This document shows, one piece after another, positions 18,813 to 28,822 of a stretch of 46,836 nucleotides of DNA. A program made the translations under genes and the position numbers. The DNA is taken from positions 1 through 46,836 of the forward strand of contig JAUNEM010000002.1 in NCBI GenBank assembly GCA_030525515.1. Direction: 5' to 3'. Below the pieces are notes generated by a model. It had not been told where the DNA came from and made no database searches. It saw only the letters and a program-made list of their open reading frames with translations. The first letter of the stretch is position 1. Each line of letters begins with the position of its first letter. This DNA comes from Eubacteriales bacterium. GTDB lineage: Bacteria; Bacillota; Clostridia; Lachnospirales; Lachnospiraceae.

Positions 18813-20819
18813 TCAGATCTCCTGTGTCTGCTCCCTGAGCCATTCCCTCTCCTCCTCTGTCAGGAGGGGGCCGACCTCATCATATACTCTCCTGTGATAT
18901 TCGTTGAGGGAAGTTCTCGTCTGAGGAGTCAGGTATTGCGGATCGATCAGAGCGCGGTCCATGGGAACCAGGGTCAGAGGCCTGAAGCGAAGGAAGGTCC
19001 CGTCGCTGTTCTTCGCCGCTTCCACCACTTCCAGGATGGTCTCGATGCGGATTCCGTACTTTCCCTCGAGATAGACGCCGGGTTCATCGGAGACGATCAT
19101 GCCTGTTTCCAGAACTGCCTCGGGAGCGCCCCCCGCAAATCTCCAGCGGATATTCTGAGGTCCTTCGTGGACACTGAGCAGGTATCCGATCCCATGTCCG
19201 GTGCCGCACTTATAGTCCATCATAATGTTCCAGAGCGGCTGTCTTGCCAGTATGTCCACATTTTTGCCGGTGCAGCCGTGCAGGAACACTGCGTCCATCA
19301 GCTGCAGATTGCCGACCGCCGTGAGTGTATAATGCCGGCGCATGTCCTCCGTAACGGGACCGAGCGCCATTGTGCGGGTGACGTCTGTCGTCCCTCGAAG
19401 GTACTGGCCGCCGCAGTCCACCAGCAGCATGCCCTCAGGTCTGAGCTGCGCGCAGTCGTCCTCTTTTGCGGAATAATGCATCATGGCCGCATTTGGTCCG
19501 TAAGCGGAAATAGTCTTAAAGGAAAGCTCTATAAAATCACTGATTTCCGCCCGGAGGGAATCCATTTTTCGCTCAGCGTCCATCTCGGTCAGAGTGCCGA
19601 TCGTTCCCTCTTCGACATGTCTGTGGATCCAGTAAAGGAATCTGCAGACAGCCGCGGAGTCCTCCAGATAGCAGCTGCGGATATTTTTGAGCTCCGTCTC
19701 ATTTTTTACGGCTTTGAAATCCTCAACAGGGCTGCGTCTCTGTATGTCTTTTCCGGCGGACAGAACTTCCTGACCGGCCGAAAGGATATTGTCCGCGCCA
19801 AAAGCCCTGTCCCTGCCTTTGATCATGGCCTCATAGAGCCTGACACTCAGGGCGGAGGGAGAATAGTAAATTCTGCACCGGCCCGCGGCTTCTCCGGCGG
19901 CGGAACTGTCGTCATGGCCTGCCGCGGCTGTCTTCCCCGGGCGGTCTGCACCGGCAGCCTCCCTGTAGAGTTCCGGTTTCTCCAGCTCCTCGAAGATGTC
20001 CTCATAGGGCCGCAGTTCCAGCCCGATTCCGGCGGCATAGGCGCGGACCTCCTCTGTGACCGCACTCTCCCGGACAAAAAGGATCTGCCGGTCCATCGTG
20101 ATCACGCCGAAGCCCAGGGCAACAGGCGTGCATTCGACATCTCTTCCGCGGAGATTCCAGAGCCACATCAGGTTGTCCAGTTTGTTTTCCACATACAGAG
20201 AAGCACCCGATCCGCGCATTTTTTCGCGCAGGCGCTCCACCTTGGACTGAGCGCTCTCTCCGGCATATTCCTCAGCGAGCACGAAAGCCTCGGAAGCCGG
20301 CAGCTCCGGACGGTCTGCCCAGATTCCTTCCGCGGGATCCCTGTCCGTCACAAAGCGGACGTCGAGGCCGGACAGTCTCCTCTGAAGGTTCCTGAACTGG
20401 CTTACGCTCACACACCTTCCGTCGAAGGCAAGCGAGAGCTGACGGCCTCCCGGCTCTTGCTGAACCCGGCTTTGCTCCATCCCGGCCGCGGCTCTCCCCA
20501 GCCGGCCGGCCAGCCAGGCTGCCGGCGTCGGGACGCCTTCGTCCGACTCGCGGTAAAGGTCGATCCCCGTCCCGCTCAGTTCTTTTTCAGCCTGAATGTA
20601 GTAGCGGCCGTCCGTCCACAGGCCCGCCTCCTCAAGTCCCACGATCAGAGTTCCGCTGGAACCCGTGAATCCGCTGAAATACCGGCGGGTCTGAAAATAA
20701 GGAGCAACATATTCCGAATTGTGAAAATCCGCAGTGGGGATCAGATAATAGTCGATCCCCAGAGCAGACATATTGGCGCGAAGCTGTGAGAGCCTCTTCT
20801 GAATCATTTGATTAGTCAT
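18813..20819 (-). CDS. Aminopeptidase P (M24B)
   Basis: DFHNSEYV, SGFTGSSG, LWTDGRY, DCGGQY..GTTDVTRT, GTGHGIG..VHEGP, DEPGVY..GIRIE; likely start MTNQMIQ. Confidence 0.92.
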   Translation of the reverse strand: MTNQMIQKRLSQLRANMSALGIDYYLIPTADFHNSEYVAPYFQTRRYFSGFTGSSGTLIVGLEEAGLWTDGRYYIQAEKELSGTGIDLYRESDEGVPTPAAWLAGRLGRAAAGMEQSRVQQEPGGRQLSLAFDGRCVSVSQFRNLQRRLSGLDVRFVTDRDPAEGIWADRPELPASEAFVLAEEYAGESAQSKVERLREKMRGSGASLYVENKLDNLMWLWNLRGRDVECTPVALGFGVITMDRQILFVRESAVTEEVRAYAAGIGLELRPYEDIFEELEKPELYREAAGADRPGKTAAAGHDDSSAAGEAAGRCRIYYSPSALSVRLYEAMIKGRDRAFGADNILSAGQEVLSAGKDIQRRSPVEDFKAVKNETELKNIRSCYLEDSAAVCRFLYWIHRHVEEGTIGTLTEMDAERKMDSLRAEISDFIELSFKTISAYGPNAAMMHYSAKEDDCAQLRPEGMLLVDCGGQYLRGTTDVTRTMALGPVTEDMRRHYTLTAVGNLQLMDAVFLHGCTGKNVDILARQPLWNIMMDYKCGTGHGIGYLLSVHEGPQNIRWRFAGGAPEAVLETGMIVSDEPGVYLEGKYGIRIETILEVVEAAKNSDGTFLRFRPLTLVPMDRALIDPQYLTPQTRTSLNEYHRRVYDEVGPLLTEEEREWLREQTQEI

Positions 20820-20917
20820 TTTATCAATCAACACCTTACCGCATGAATGCACGTACTGAAAAATAAAAGCACGTTCTGAAAAATTATGAAAAAAGTTACT
20901 GCACTGTCCCGCAGATG

Positions 20918-21020
20918 AAAGTCCCGGGGACCTGCGGACCTCCGGATCAAGGTCATAGTCCCGGGGACCTGCGGACCTGCGGATCAAAATCAAAGTCCCA
21001 GGAACCTGCGGACCTCCTCC
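20918..21020. repeat. 37-bp tandem repeat x3 echoing the thrC 3' end
   Basis: Units agtccc(g/a)gg(g/a)acctgcggacct... at 20918, 20953 and 20990; the last is the thrC end (EVRRFLGL*). Confidence 0.9.
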
Positions 21021-22477
21021 TTCATCCCGTCCCTGTCGCATACAATATTGTGGCGCACAGGCGCGGTCCTGAGCACATTGACCGCTTCGGGCACCGCAAC
21101 GGCGGCCTTCTCGCTGAGGCGGTCAGCCAGATCCAGATCGGGAAGGTCGGAGGGCTCGCCCAGGGCCTGCATGACACTGTTCTCGAACTTGAAAGGGCTG
21201 GCTGTAGAAGCGATGACAGTCGGAGTACAGTCCCCGGTCTCGCTCCTGAATCTGTCATAGACATAGGCCGCAACCGCAGTGTGGGGATCGATCACGTATC
21301 TCTCCCTGTCAAAAAGCCTGCGGATGGCATCCGCGGTATCCTCCTCGGTCGCGTAGCCTCCCCGGAAAAGCCCGAGTCCTGCCTTCATTTCATCTGTGAT
21401 CGCATAGACGCCCTTTTCGCGCAGATCGCGCATAAGTTCCGCCGTCTTCCCGGAGTCATTGCCGCTGATATGATAGATCAGGCGCTCGAGATTGCTGGAG
21501 ATCAGGATATCCATGGAAGGAGAACTGGTCAGGATAAATTCCCTGTTCCTGTCATAGGTTCCTGTTGTGAAGAAATCAAAGAGCACCTTGTTGGAATTGG
21601 AGGCGCACACCAGCCTGTTGACCGGAAGCCCCATCTGCGCTGCGTAATATGCCGCCAGAATATTTCCGAAATTTCCGGTCGGGACGACGAAGTTCACCTT
21701 GTCCCCCTCTTTGATCGTTCCATTTTTTACAAGTCTTGTGTAAGCAAAGACATAATAGACGATCTGGGGCACCAGGCGTCCGATATTGATGGAGTTGGCG
21801 GAGGAGAAAGCAAATCCTTTTTCAGCCATCTCCGCACGCAGCGCCTCGTCGCCGAAGATTTCCTTGACAGAACTCTGGGCGTCGTCAAAATTACCCCTGA
21901 TCCCTACAACACAGGTATTCTCACCCTTCTGGGTCACCATCTGCCTCTCCTGGATCGAGGACACACCGTCCTTGGGATAAAAGACCATGATCCGGGTGCC
22001 GGCGACATCAGCGAATCCTGCCATCGCGGCCTTGCCCGTGTCCCCGCTCGTCGCAGTGAGGATGACGATCTCCTTGTCCTCACTGTTTTTCCGGGCGGAA
22101 GTGATCATAAGATGAGGCAGGATCTGCAGAGCCATGTCCTTGAACGCGATTGTGGGACCGTGGAAAAGTTCGAGGTACCAGGCTCCGTCCGCATTGCGCA
22201 GGGGAACGATCTCCTCTGTATCGAAATTACTGCCGTAGGCGCTGGCGATGCAGCCCTTGAGTTCCTCTTCCGTAAAATCGGTGAGCATCAGTTTCATCAC
22301 TTCATAGGCCACTCCGCGGTAGTCCATAGCGGCCAGCTCGGAAAGCCCCTTGTCCAGAGCCGGAAATTCGGTCGGCACAAAAAGCCCGCCGTCCTCAGCG
22401 AGGCCCATAAGGATTGCCCTGGACGCTGTCACCGGGCTGTTGTCGGAACGAGTGCTCTTATATAAAATCTGCTTCAT
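20990..22477 (-). CDS. thrC: Threonine synthase
   Basis: YKSTR, GLAEDGGLFVP, LELFHGPTIAFKDMAL, ATSGDTGKA, SANSINIGRL, VPTGNFGN. Confidence 0.96.
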   Translation of the reverse strand: MKQILYKSTRSDNSPVTASRAILMGLAEDGGLFVPTEFPALDKGLSELAAMDYRGVAYEVMKLMLTDFTEEELKGCIASAYGSNFDTEEIVPLRNADGAWYLELFHGPTIAFKDMALQILPHLMITSARKNSEDKEIVILTATSGDTGKAAMAGFADVAGTRIMVFYPKDGVSSIQERQMVTQKGENTCVVGIRGNFDDAQSSVKEIFGDEALRAEMAEKGFAFSSANSINIGRLVPQIVYYVFAYTRLVKNGTIKEGDKVNFVVPTGNFGNILAAYYAAQMGLPVNRLVCASNSNKVLFDFFTTGTYDRNREFILTSSPSMDILISSNLERLIYHISGNDSGKTAELMRDLREKGVYAITDEMKAGLGLFRGGYATEEDTADAIRRLFDRERYVIDPHTAVAAYVYDRFRSETGDCTPTVIASTASPFKFENSVMQALGEPSDLPDLDLADRLSEKAAVAVPEAVNVLRTAPVRHNIVCDRDGMKEEVRRFLGL

Positions 22478-22571
22478 CTCTGTCTCCTCTCCATTTTTTC
22501 TGAGGTTGTTGTGCAGCTATTTTCATGTGACAATCAACTATACCACAAAACGATGATAATCACAAAAAAAA

Positions 22572-22640
22572 CGTTCTGTCAGGCTGTTTTGTGGTAAACT
22601 GAATTCGTTCTGTCAGGGCTGTTTTGTGGTACACTGAGTT
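22572..22640. repeat. 34/35-bp tandem direct repeat x2
   Basis: cgttctgtcag(g)gctgttttgtggta(a/c)actga(a/g)tt. Confidence 0.85.
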
Positions 22641-22880
22641 TACAGTACTGTCCGCCACGAAACAGGTGCTTTTTCGTGATTCTCTGCGCAGCCCCCAAGT
22701 GAAAGGGCGGCCCCCCCCTCCGCAAAAGCGCTGACACTGCTTCGCCTTGCGGAACGGTTTTTTCGCAAAAGGTACTCTGGGCATCCCCGTCAGGGGGTGT
22801 AATGAAACTTCACCGGTCATCATCAGTTTTCCGACTGCCGTTTCACGCGGCAGGAATCTTTTTTCATGCAGGAGGCTCCC

Positions 22881-23993
22881 ATGCGGATCATCAGCAAAAC
22901 GATTGAAAGCAGCGCGCGCATCTCTTTTCCCGACCTGGAAGTCAGGGAGGGAGAAGTCCTGTTTCTCGATATCGCGACAACCGGGATCAAACGCGCGGAC
23001 TGCAGAGTCTATATGATCGGCTGTATCTGCAGACAGCACGGCGAATGGCAGCTCACTCAGTGGTTCGACGACACAGGGCTGGAGGAAAAGCATGTCCTGT
23101 CTTCTTTCCTGATTTTCTGCAGTCCTTTCAAATATGCGGTCACCTACAACGGAAACCGCTTTGACCTCCCTTTCCTTCGCGTCCGGATCGAGGCCAACGG
23201 CCTGCAGGAGACAGCTGCGGCGTTTTTGTCCATGAATTCCATAGATCTGTACGGCTACATCGCCCCCTACCGCCACCTGCTGGGTCTGCCTGACTATCGT
23301 CAGCAGACAGTCGAAGCCGCTCTCAACACCGGCCGCACCGACCTGACGGACGGCGGGGAAATGGTCGAGACTTACAAAAAGTATCTGGTGCTGCCCTCGG
23401 CGGGACTTATGGATCAGCTGGTCTGCCGGAACGAGGCAGATGTCTCCGGACTCCCGGCCCTTCTTCCCCTCTCCTCCTTTTCATACCTGGAGGACCTGAA
23501 GGTGAACGTGCGCCGTGCCCAGGCCAATTATTACACGAACCACGAGGGAAAAAAGGCAGAGGAGCTTCTCGTCCAGTTTGACATTCCCTTCAGGCTCCCC
23601 ACAAGGATTTTTGCCGGGCTGGATCACTGCTATCTCAAGATCGACGGCAGCCAGGGAGTTCTCAAGATTCCTCTTTATACCGAGGAGATGAAGTATTTTT
23701 ACGCCAATTACAAGGACTATTATTACCTTCCCGGCGAGGATATGGCGATCCACAAATATATCGCGTCCTACGTGGACCGCAACCGCCGCGTCCAGGCGCG
23801 TCCTGAGACCTGCTACACCAGGAAAACAGCCTCCTACCTGCCCCAGTGGGATCTGTATCAGACTCCTTTTTTCAAACGCAGCTATGAGGACAGGGATATT
23901 TTCTTTGAGTTTACGGACAAGATCAAAAAAGACCGGGCGGCACTCTCCGACTACGCCTCCTACGTGCTCAGGCACATCATTTTCCGCCACTGA
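22881..23993 (+). CDS. RNase H-like (YprB-type) 3'-5' exonuclease-domain protein
   Basis: LFLDIATTG, VTYNGNRFDLPFL, RNEADV; GGAGG RBS before MRIISK. Confidence 0.8.
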   Translation: MRIISKTIESSARISFPDLEVREGEVLFLDIATTGIKRADCRVYMIGCICRQHGEWQLTQWFDDTGLEEKHVLSSFLIFCSPFKYAVTYNGNRFDLPFLRVRIEANGLQETAAAFLSMNSIDLYGYIAPYRHLLGLPDYRQQTVEAALNTGRTDLTDGGEMVETYKKYLVLPSAGLMDQLVCRNEADVSGLPALLPLSSFSYLEDLKVNVRRAQANYYTNHEGKKAEELLVQFDIPFRLPTRIFAGLDHCYLKIDGSQGVLKIPLYTEEMKYFYANYKDYYYLPGEDMAIHKYIASYVDRNRRVQARPETCYTRKTASYLPQWDLYQTPFFKRSYEDRDIFFEFTDKIKKDRAALSDYASYVLRHIIFRH

Positions 23994-24041
23994 GCAATTT
24001 CCATAATTAAACACGCAATAATCGCAATTTTTATAACAAAT

Positions 24042-24070
24042 TTGACAATTTCTGACCCTTATTATAAAAT
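24042..24070 (+). promoter_or_regulatory. SigA promoter
   Basis: TTGACA-17 bp-TAAAAT. Confidence 0.7.
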
Positions 24071-24372
24071 ATTATCAGGATGAACCGGGGCCAATCGGGC
24101 TGACTGCCGGCTCTTCCGGGGGAATAATATGTGTGGTTTTTGTTTCCAAATAAACGCTCATAAGCCTGATTTATGAACAGATGCAGCATGTACGGGTATG
24201 CCCCTTTCCCTTATACCTGCCTGACCGTGTGCCTTCCTCTGTATTGTTATTCTGTACTTTTTGTTCTTCTTCGGTTTTCCGGACCGGTGTGAATAATTGC
24301 GGAAGGTCATCACAGCAGGGATCAATGACTAAAGGGCAGCAGATCCGTATTTTTCCAGGAGGGAGGTAAATC

Positions 24373-24954
24373 ATGGGAAACAGCATCATCACAATCAGCA
24401 GAGAATACGGTTCAGGCGGGCGTGAGATCGGTGAAAAGCTCGCGAAGCGCCTCGGAGTCGAATTCTACGACAAGGAAATCATAACCATGCTTGCCAAGGA
24501 AAGCGGCCTCAGTGAGGAAGTGGTCCGCAGTTGGGCAGAAAAAGACGTCTCCGCTTTCTTCTATGGAATCAATGCGGCCAGGGGAATCATTCCCATTCCC
24601 GACAGAATCTTCGGTGCCAGAAGAACTGTCCTCAATGAGCTTGCGGATAAGGGCAGCTGCGTCATCGTCGGAAGCTGCAGCGATTATATTCTGAAGGACC
24701 GGGATAATCTCTGGAAGTTTTTCATCTATGCACCCATGGATTTCCGCAAAAAACGTGTCGCTGAAGTCTACGGAGAAGACCTTGCCACCTACCCGAATCT
24801 GCTTAAGCGCAAGGATGAGGAGCGCAGAGACTACTACAGCCATTTCACGAGTTACAAATTCGGTGATTACAAGAATTATGACGCCTGCTTCAACAGCGCG
24901 ATCGGAATTGACAATGTCGTCGACCTGATCGAATATATGGTGAAAAAAGGCTGA
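24373..24954 (+). CDS. Cytidylate kinase-like family protein
   Basis: IITISREYGSGGREIG, YDKEII, SCVIVG, DEERRDYY; GGAGG RBS. Confidence 0.88.
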   Translation: MGNSIITISREYGSGGREIGEKLAKRLGVEFYDKEIITMLAKESGLSEEVVRSWAEKDVSAFFYGINAARGIIPIPDRIFGARRTVLNELADKGSCVIVGSCSDYILKDRDNLWKFFIYAPMDFRKKRVAEVYGEDLATYPNLLKRKDEERRDYYSHFTSYKFGDYKNYDACFNSAIGIDNVVDLIEYMVKKG

Positions 24955-25131
24955 TTTTCCGGCGGCATAGAAGCCTCCTGAATGAGACTTAATGATTGGT
25001 CCGGATGAAAAGCCGGTTGAGAACAGCCCGCAGTAAACAGGACAAGGGCGGCACTGCTCCCCTCTGCTTCCGGCCAGACGGCGTCCGCCGACATGCGGAA
25101 TAGTTCTTTACACGGGATACGTCATAATAAC

Positions 25132-25170
25132 ACAGCCCTGCGGCAGATCGCCGCAGGGCTGTTTCTTATT
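25132..25170. terminator. Likely bidirectional intrinsic terminator between convergent genes
   Basis: ACAGCCCTGCGGC-agatc-GCCGCAGGGCTGT flanked by A/T runs. Confidence 0.75.
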
Positions 25171-25188
25171 CCTGTTCCCCTGTACAAT

Positions 25189-25322
25189 TTCAGGCCTGCA
25201 CTTCTTCAGGCCTGCACAGTTTCCGGCCTGCACTTTTTCAGACCTGTACATTTCCGGACCTGCATCTTTTCAGGCCTGTTTTTTTCAGGCCCGCACTTCT
25301 TCAGGCCCGCCCGGTTTCAGGA
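25189..25322. repeat. Minisatellite, about 16-17-bp unit x8 (tttcaggcctgcac..)
   Basis: Direct reading. Confidence 0.85.
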
Positions 25323-25329
25323 TCCTTGA

Positions 25330-26322
25330 TCAATATCTGTATTCTCTGCGGAGGCGCTCGTGAAGCACTCCATAGGCGGTGAATCGGGATACCGTCAGGA
25401 TCTTGAGGATCTTGCTCGTGCGCATCAGTTCTTTGTAGATCAGGGGCTGTTCGCGCTTGAGGTATTTCAGGAAATTGATGAGCTCCTGCTTGTGGAGTAC
25501 GGATTTGGAGATCACCAGAAAGACCTTGATCTGCAGGAAGGTCCTGAGCACAAAGTAGTTGAAAATATATTTGTCCTTTGCCGTCTTTTTCTTACCCACT
25601 TCGGGATAGACCCTGTACAGCCTTTTCAGGACAATGGTCTGGTCATTGTAATGCTTTTCCAGTCCTTCAGGGCTCACACTCTGCTCTCCCCGGCCTATGC
25701 GGTAGCAGTATACCACCTCGGGAAATACGCGCACAGTATCCACCCAGGGAAGGGGCAGCAGATCATATTCCTGATCTGTGTAGAAGCAGTGCTCTGTGAG
25801 TCTGATCTCATTTTCCTGCAGGATCTTCGTGCGGTAAGTGATCGCGTGCATGGTGAACCACTCATGATCTCCCAGCGAATCAAAGCGCACCGTCTTTTCA
25901 GTCAGGTCCGCCGCTTCGTCCCGGATCTCCTCATGGCCGTCCTCCTCGAAGACTCTCTTGAAACGGGCAATGACCATGTCCTCTTCCGCCGCGGAAAGTT
26001 CCCCGATGAACTTCACAAGCCCGTCGCGGTCAAACCAGTCGTCGCCGTCCAGAAGACGGAAATATTTTCCGGTCGCCGCTTTAATCGAAGCGTTTACAGT
26101 CGAGCCATAGCCCCCGTTCTTTTTGTCGATCACACGGAAGGTGTCCGGATATTTCGTCTCATATTCACGCGCGATCTGCAGAGTGCTGTCGGTGGATCCG
26201 TCATTGACAACGAGCACCTCCAGACGGTCCATAATCTCAGGAATACAGCAGGAATCCAGGGCCTTTCGGATAAATTTTTCTACATTGTAGGAAGCGATCG
26301 ATACGCTCAGTATTTTTTCCAT
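25330..26322 (-). CDS. Glycosyltransferase, GT2
   Basis: ILSVSIASYNVE, VVNDGSTD, NGGYGSTVN, LLDGDDW. Confidence 0.92.
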   Translation of the reverse strand: MEKILSVSIASYNVEKFIRKALDSCCIPEIMDRLEVLVVNDGSTDSTLQIAREYETKYPDTFRVIDKKNGGYGSTVNASIKAATGKYFRLLDGDDWFDRDGLVKFIGELSAAEEDMVIARFKRVFEEDGHEEIRDEAADLTEKTVRFDSLGDHEWFTMHAITYRTKILQENEIRLTEHCFYTDQEYDLLPLPWVDTVRVFPEVVYCYRIGRGEQSVSPEGLEKHYNDQTIVLKRLYRVYPEVGKKKTAKDKYIFNYFVLRTFLQIKVFLVISKSVLHKQELINFLKYLKREQPLIYKELMRTSKILKILTVSRFTAYGVLHERLRREYRY

Positions 26323-26387
26323 TTGCAATCTCCCAGAATCAAGAGTCTTTTTGAAGCGGAGGCCGATGTCACAGTCCTGCTCCCCGG

Positions 26388-27443
26388 TCACATGGTTGAT
26401 ATCATTCTCCGATAAGCATCAATGAGTCCGCAGGCCGGTTCCCAGCCGAGCGCTCTCAGCTTTGAAGTGTCCAGGTTCATGTGGAGAGTCGGGGCGTAAC
26501 CCAGTTTGGAAGGGTCCTCTCCCGCCTCGATCCTCACGCCGATCCTGCCTCCGACACACTCCCCTGCGACCATCTCCGCCATTTCAAGAATGCTGCAGTA
26601 TGTGCTCTCGTTGGCTGCGTTGTAAGCTTCGCCGTCGCCTCCCCTGACCATGGCTGTCAGGATCGCCGCGGCGGCATCGGCTGTATACAGGTAGGACCGG
26701 CAGGTGGCGCCGGCGGTCTTGAGGACGATGTCCCGTCCCTCGATCGCGCAGCGGGCAAACTCCGCGAATACTCTCCCGTCGTCATATCTCACACCGGGTC
26801 CGAAGGTCTGTGTCAGGCGCAGTACCCGGACCGGCACACCGTACTCCTTCTGCCAGGAGGCGCACAGTATCTCGCAGAGCCGCTTTGACTCGGGATAACA
26901 GCTGCGGGGCTGCATGGTGTCGAGATTGGTACCGTGTTTTTCGTCAATTTTGCGGTCGTCCTCAGGTGTCCCGTATACCTCCATCGTGGAGAGATACACA
27001 AAGCAGCGGACCCGGTTGCTTTTCGCGAATTCCAGCGCCCTCCTGGTTCCTTCCACTGCGGTAAAAATGGTCTCGACCGGCTGATCGACAAAGGCGCGGC
27101 TGGAGGTCTGGCTGGCGGCGTGGATCACGTAATCAACAGGCTCTGACAGCTTATCTGAAGGCATAGACTGAATATCGGTGATCATCAGCTGCAAATTCCC
27201 CCGGTCCCAGGCGCCGAACATGCGGCGTGCCTTCTCCTCGCTGCGGACACAGGCGATCACACGAATCCGTGAACCCGGGTCTTCTCCTTCCCCGTACTTC
27301 AAAAGAGCGGAGACCAGGGTCTGTCCGATGAGGCCGGTCGCGCCGGTAACGAGCACCGTTCTGCCGGCAAGCTCCTCCATGACGGGAAGGGAGCACAGAC
27401 GCTGCAGATCTTCTTCAAAAAAAGGGCTTAAATGTAATTCCAT
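26388..27443 (-). CDS. NAD-dependent epimerase/dehydratase (extended SDR)
   Basis: VTGATGLIG, VIHAAS, LSTMEVYG, YPESK, RLTQTFGPG. Confidence 0.9.
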   Translation of the reverse strand: MELHLSPFFEEDLQRLCSLPVMEELAGRTVLVTGATGLIGQTLVSALLKYGEGEDPGSRIRVIACVRSEEKARRMFGAWDRGNLQLMITDIQSMPSDKLSEPVDYVIHAASQTSSRAFVDQPVETIFTAVEGTRRALEFAKSNRVRCFVYLSTMEVYGTPEDDRKIDEKHGTNLDTMQPRSCYPESKRLCEILCASWQKEYGVPVRVLRLTQTFGPGVRYDDGRVFAEFARCAIEGRDIVLKTAGATCRSYLYTADAAAAILTAMVRGGDGEAYNAANESTYCSILEMAEMVAGECVGGRIGVRIEAGEDPSKLGYAPTLHMNLDTSKLRALGWEPACGLIDAYRRMISTM

Positions 27444-27573
27444 CTTCTCATTCCTTTTTTAACCGTTTCCCGGAGATCCCGGAGATACAGGACAGAAACA
27501 GCCCCGCCGCCCTCTGCCCTCCGGCAGGACCGCGCCCGCCGACAGGCGGAAAATTCCTTACACGGGCCGCGTC

Positions 27574-27618
27574 ATAAAGAATAAAACGGAGCCGGAACCC
27601 TCAGGGATTCCGGCTCCG
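27574..27618 (-). terminator. Terminator after rpsA
   Basis: CGGAGCCGGAACCC/GGGATTCCGGCTCCG stem, then TTTTATTCTTT on the minus strand. Confidence 0.8.
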
Positions 27619-27658
27619 CTGTTATGAGCTATTCAGATATTCGATTATCGCGAATGAA

Positions 27659-28822
27659 TTATTCAGCGTCCTCGTTCTCTCTCTGAGCCTTGACAAAAGC
27701 GTCGACATCAACATCGCTGACATCAGCGTCTGCGTTTGCGCGCTCAGCTGCACGTCTCTCGCGCTCCTTGTCGATGAGAAGCTGCTTGACGCTCAGGCTG
27801 ATCTTGTTGCTGTCCTGGTTGAAGTCAACGATCTTGGCTGTGACTTCCTGGCCGGTCTTCAGAACGTCTGAAGGCTTGTCAATGTGCTCGCGGGCGATCT
27901 GGGAGACATGAAGCAGGGCATCAATGCCGGGCTCAAGCTCTACGAACGCGCCGAAGTCAGTCATCCTGGCAACTCTGCCGGTGACGATCGTGCCGACTGC
28001 ATACTTCTCAGCAGCACCTACCCAGGGATTCTCCTCCGGGAACTTCAGGGAAAGGGCGATCTTGGTTCCCTGGATGTCTTTGATCAGGACGCGAAGCTGC
28101 TCGCCGACCTTGAAAACCTTCTTGGGGTTCTCGACACGGCCCCAGCTCATCTCGGAAATGTGCAGAAGTCCGTCTGCGCCGCCGAGATCGATGAATGCGC
28201 CGAAATCTGTAATATTCTTGACCGTACCCTCGACGGTATCGCCGGGATGGATGGTCTCAAAGAGCTTACGCTGCATTTCCTTGCGCTTCTCGACAAGGAG
28301 CTGCTTGCGGTCTCCAATATATCTGCGCCTGTTGGGATTGTACTCGGTGATAACAAACTCAATGTCCTGACCGAGATACTTGCTCAGGTCTCTCTCATAA
28401 GTATCGGAAACAAGGCTTGCAGGGATGAATACCCTGACTTCCTCAACAACAACGCTCAGGCCGCCGGAAAGAACCTGCGTAACCTTGGCTGTGAGGACTT
28501 CTTTGTTCTTGTAGGCTTCCTCGATGCGCTTGTTGCCGCGGTCTGCAGCAAGGCGCTTGTAGGAAAGAACTACCTGTCCGTCTCCGTCGTTTACTTTCAG
28601 AATCTTAACTTCAAGTTTGTCGCCTACGTGCAGGACTTCTGTGAGATCAACAGAATGATCATTCGTGTACTCAGCACGGGTAAGGATACCGTCGGACTTG
28701 GCGCCGATGTTGAGGATGGCCTCATCGGGTTTTACGTCGATGATCTGTCCCTCTACTACCTCTCCGGTGTGAATGGTCTTGAATGATGCGTCCAGCATTT
28801 GTTCAAAGGTCTGCTCTGACAT
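27659..28822 (-). CDS. rpsA: 30S ribosomal protein S1 (four S1 domains)
   Basis: MSEQTFEQML, TDFGAFIDLGGADGLLHISE, TDFGAFVEL..DALLHVSQ. Confidence 0.95.
   Translation of the reverse strand: MSEQTFEQMLDASFKTIHTGEVVEGQIIDVKPDEAILNIGAKSDGILTRAEYTNDHSVDLTEVLHVGDKLEVKILKVNDGDGQVVLSYKRLAADRGNKRIEEAYKNKEVLTAKVTQVLSGGLSVVVEEVRVFIPASLVSDTYERDLSKYLGQDIEFVITEYNPNRRRYIGDRKQLLVEKRKEMQRKLFETIHPGDTVEGTVKNITDFGAFIDLGGADGLLHISEMSWGRVENPKKVFKVGEQLRVLIKDIQGTKIALSLKFPEENPWVGAAEKYAVGTIVTGRVARMTDFGAFVELEPGIDALLHVSQIAREHIDKPSDVLKTGQEVTAKIVDFNQDSNKISLSVKQLLIDKERERRAAERANADADVSDVDVDAFVKAQRENEDAE

Noticed and set aside
20820-21041. N-terminal extensions in the ORF track (aminopeptidase P here; likewise CotH, PreA, PaaK, RpsA, GTs)
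   Set aside because: Downstream starts have better RBS and match family N-termini; the extensions translate intergenic or repeat DNA
16754-22465. Long plus-strand ORFs (16754-18505, 18771-20789, 20915-22465) and similar antisense ORFs throughout
   Set aside because: Antisense shadows of well-supported minus-strand genes in GC-rich DNA; no motifs recognised
22480-22860. T-box upstream of thrC
   Set aside because: No T-box GGTGGTACCGCG-like motif or terminator found on the minus strand
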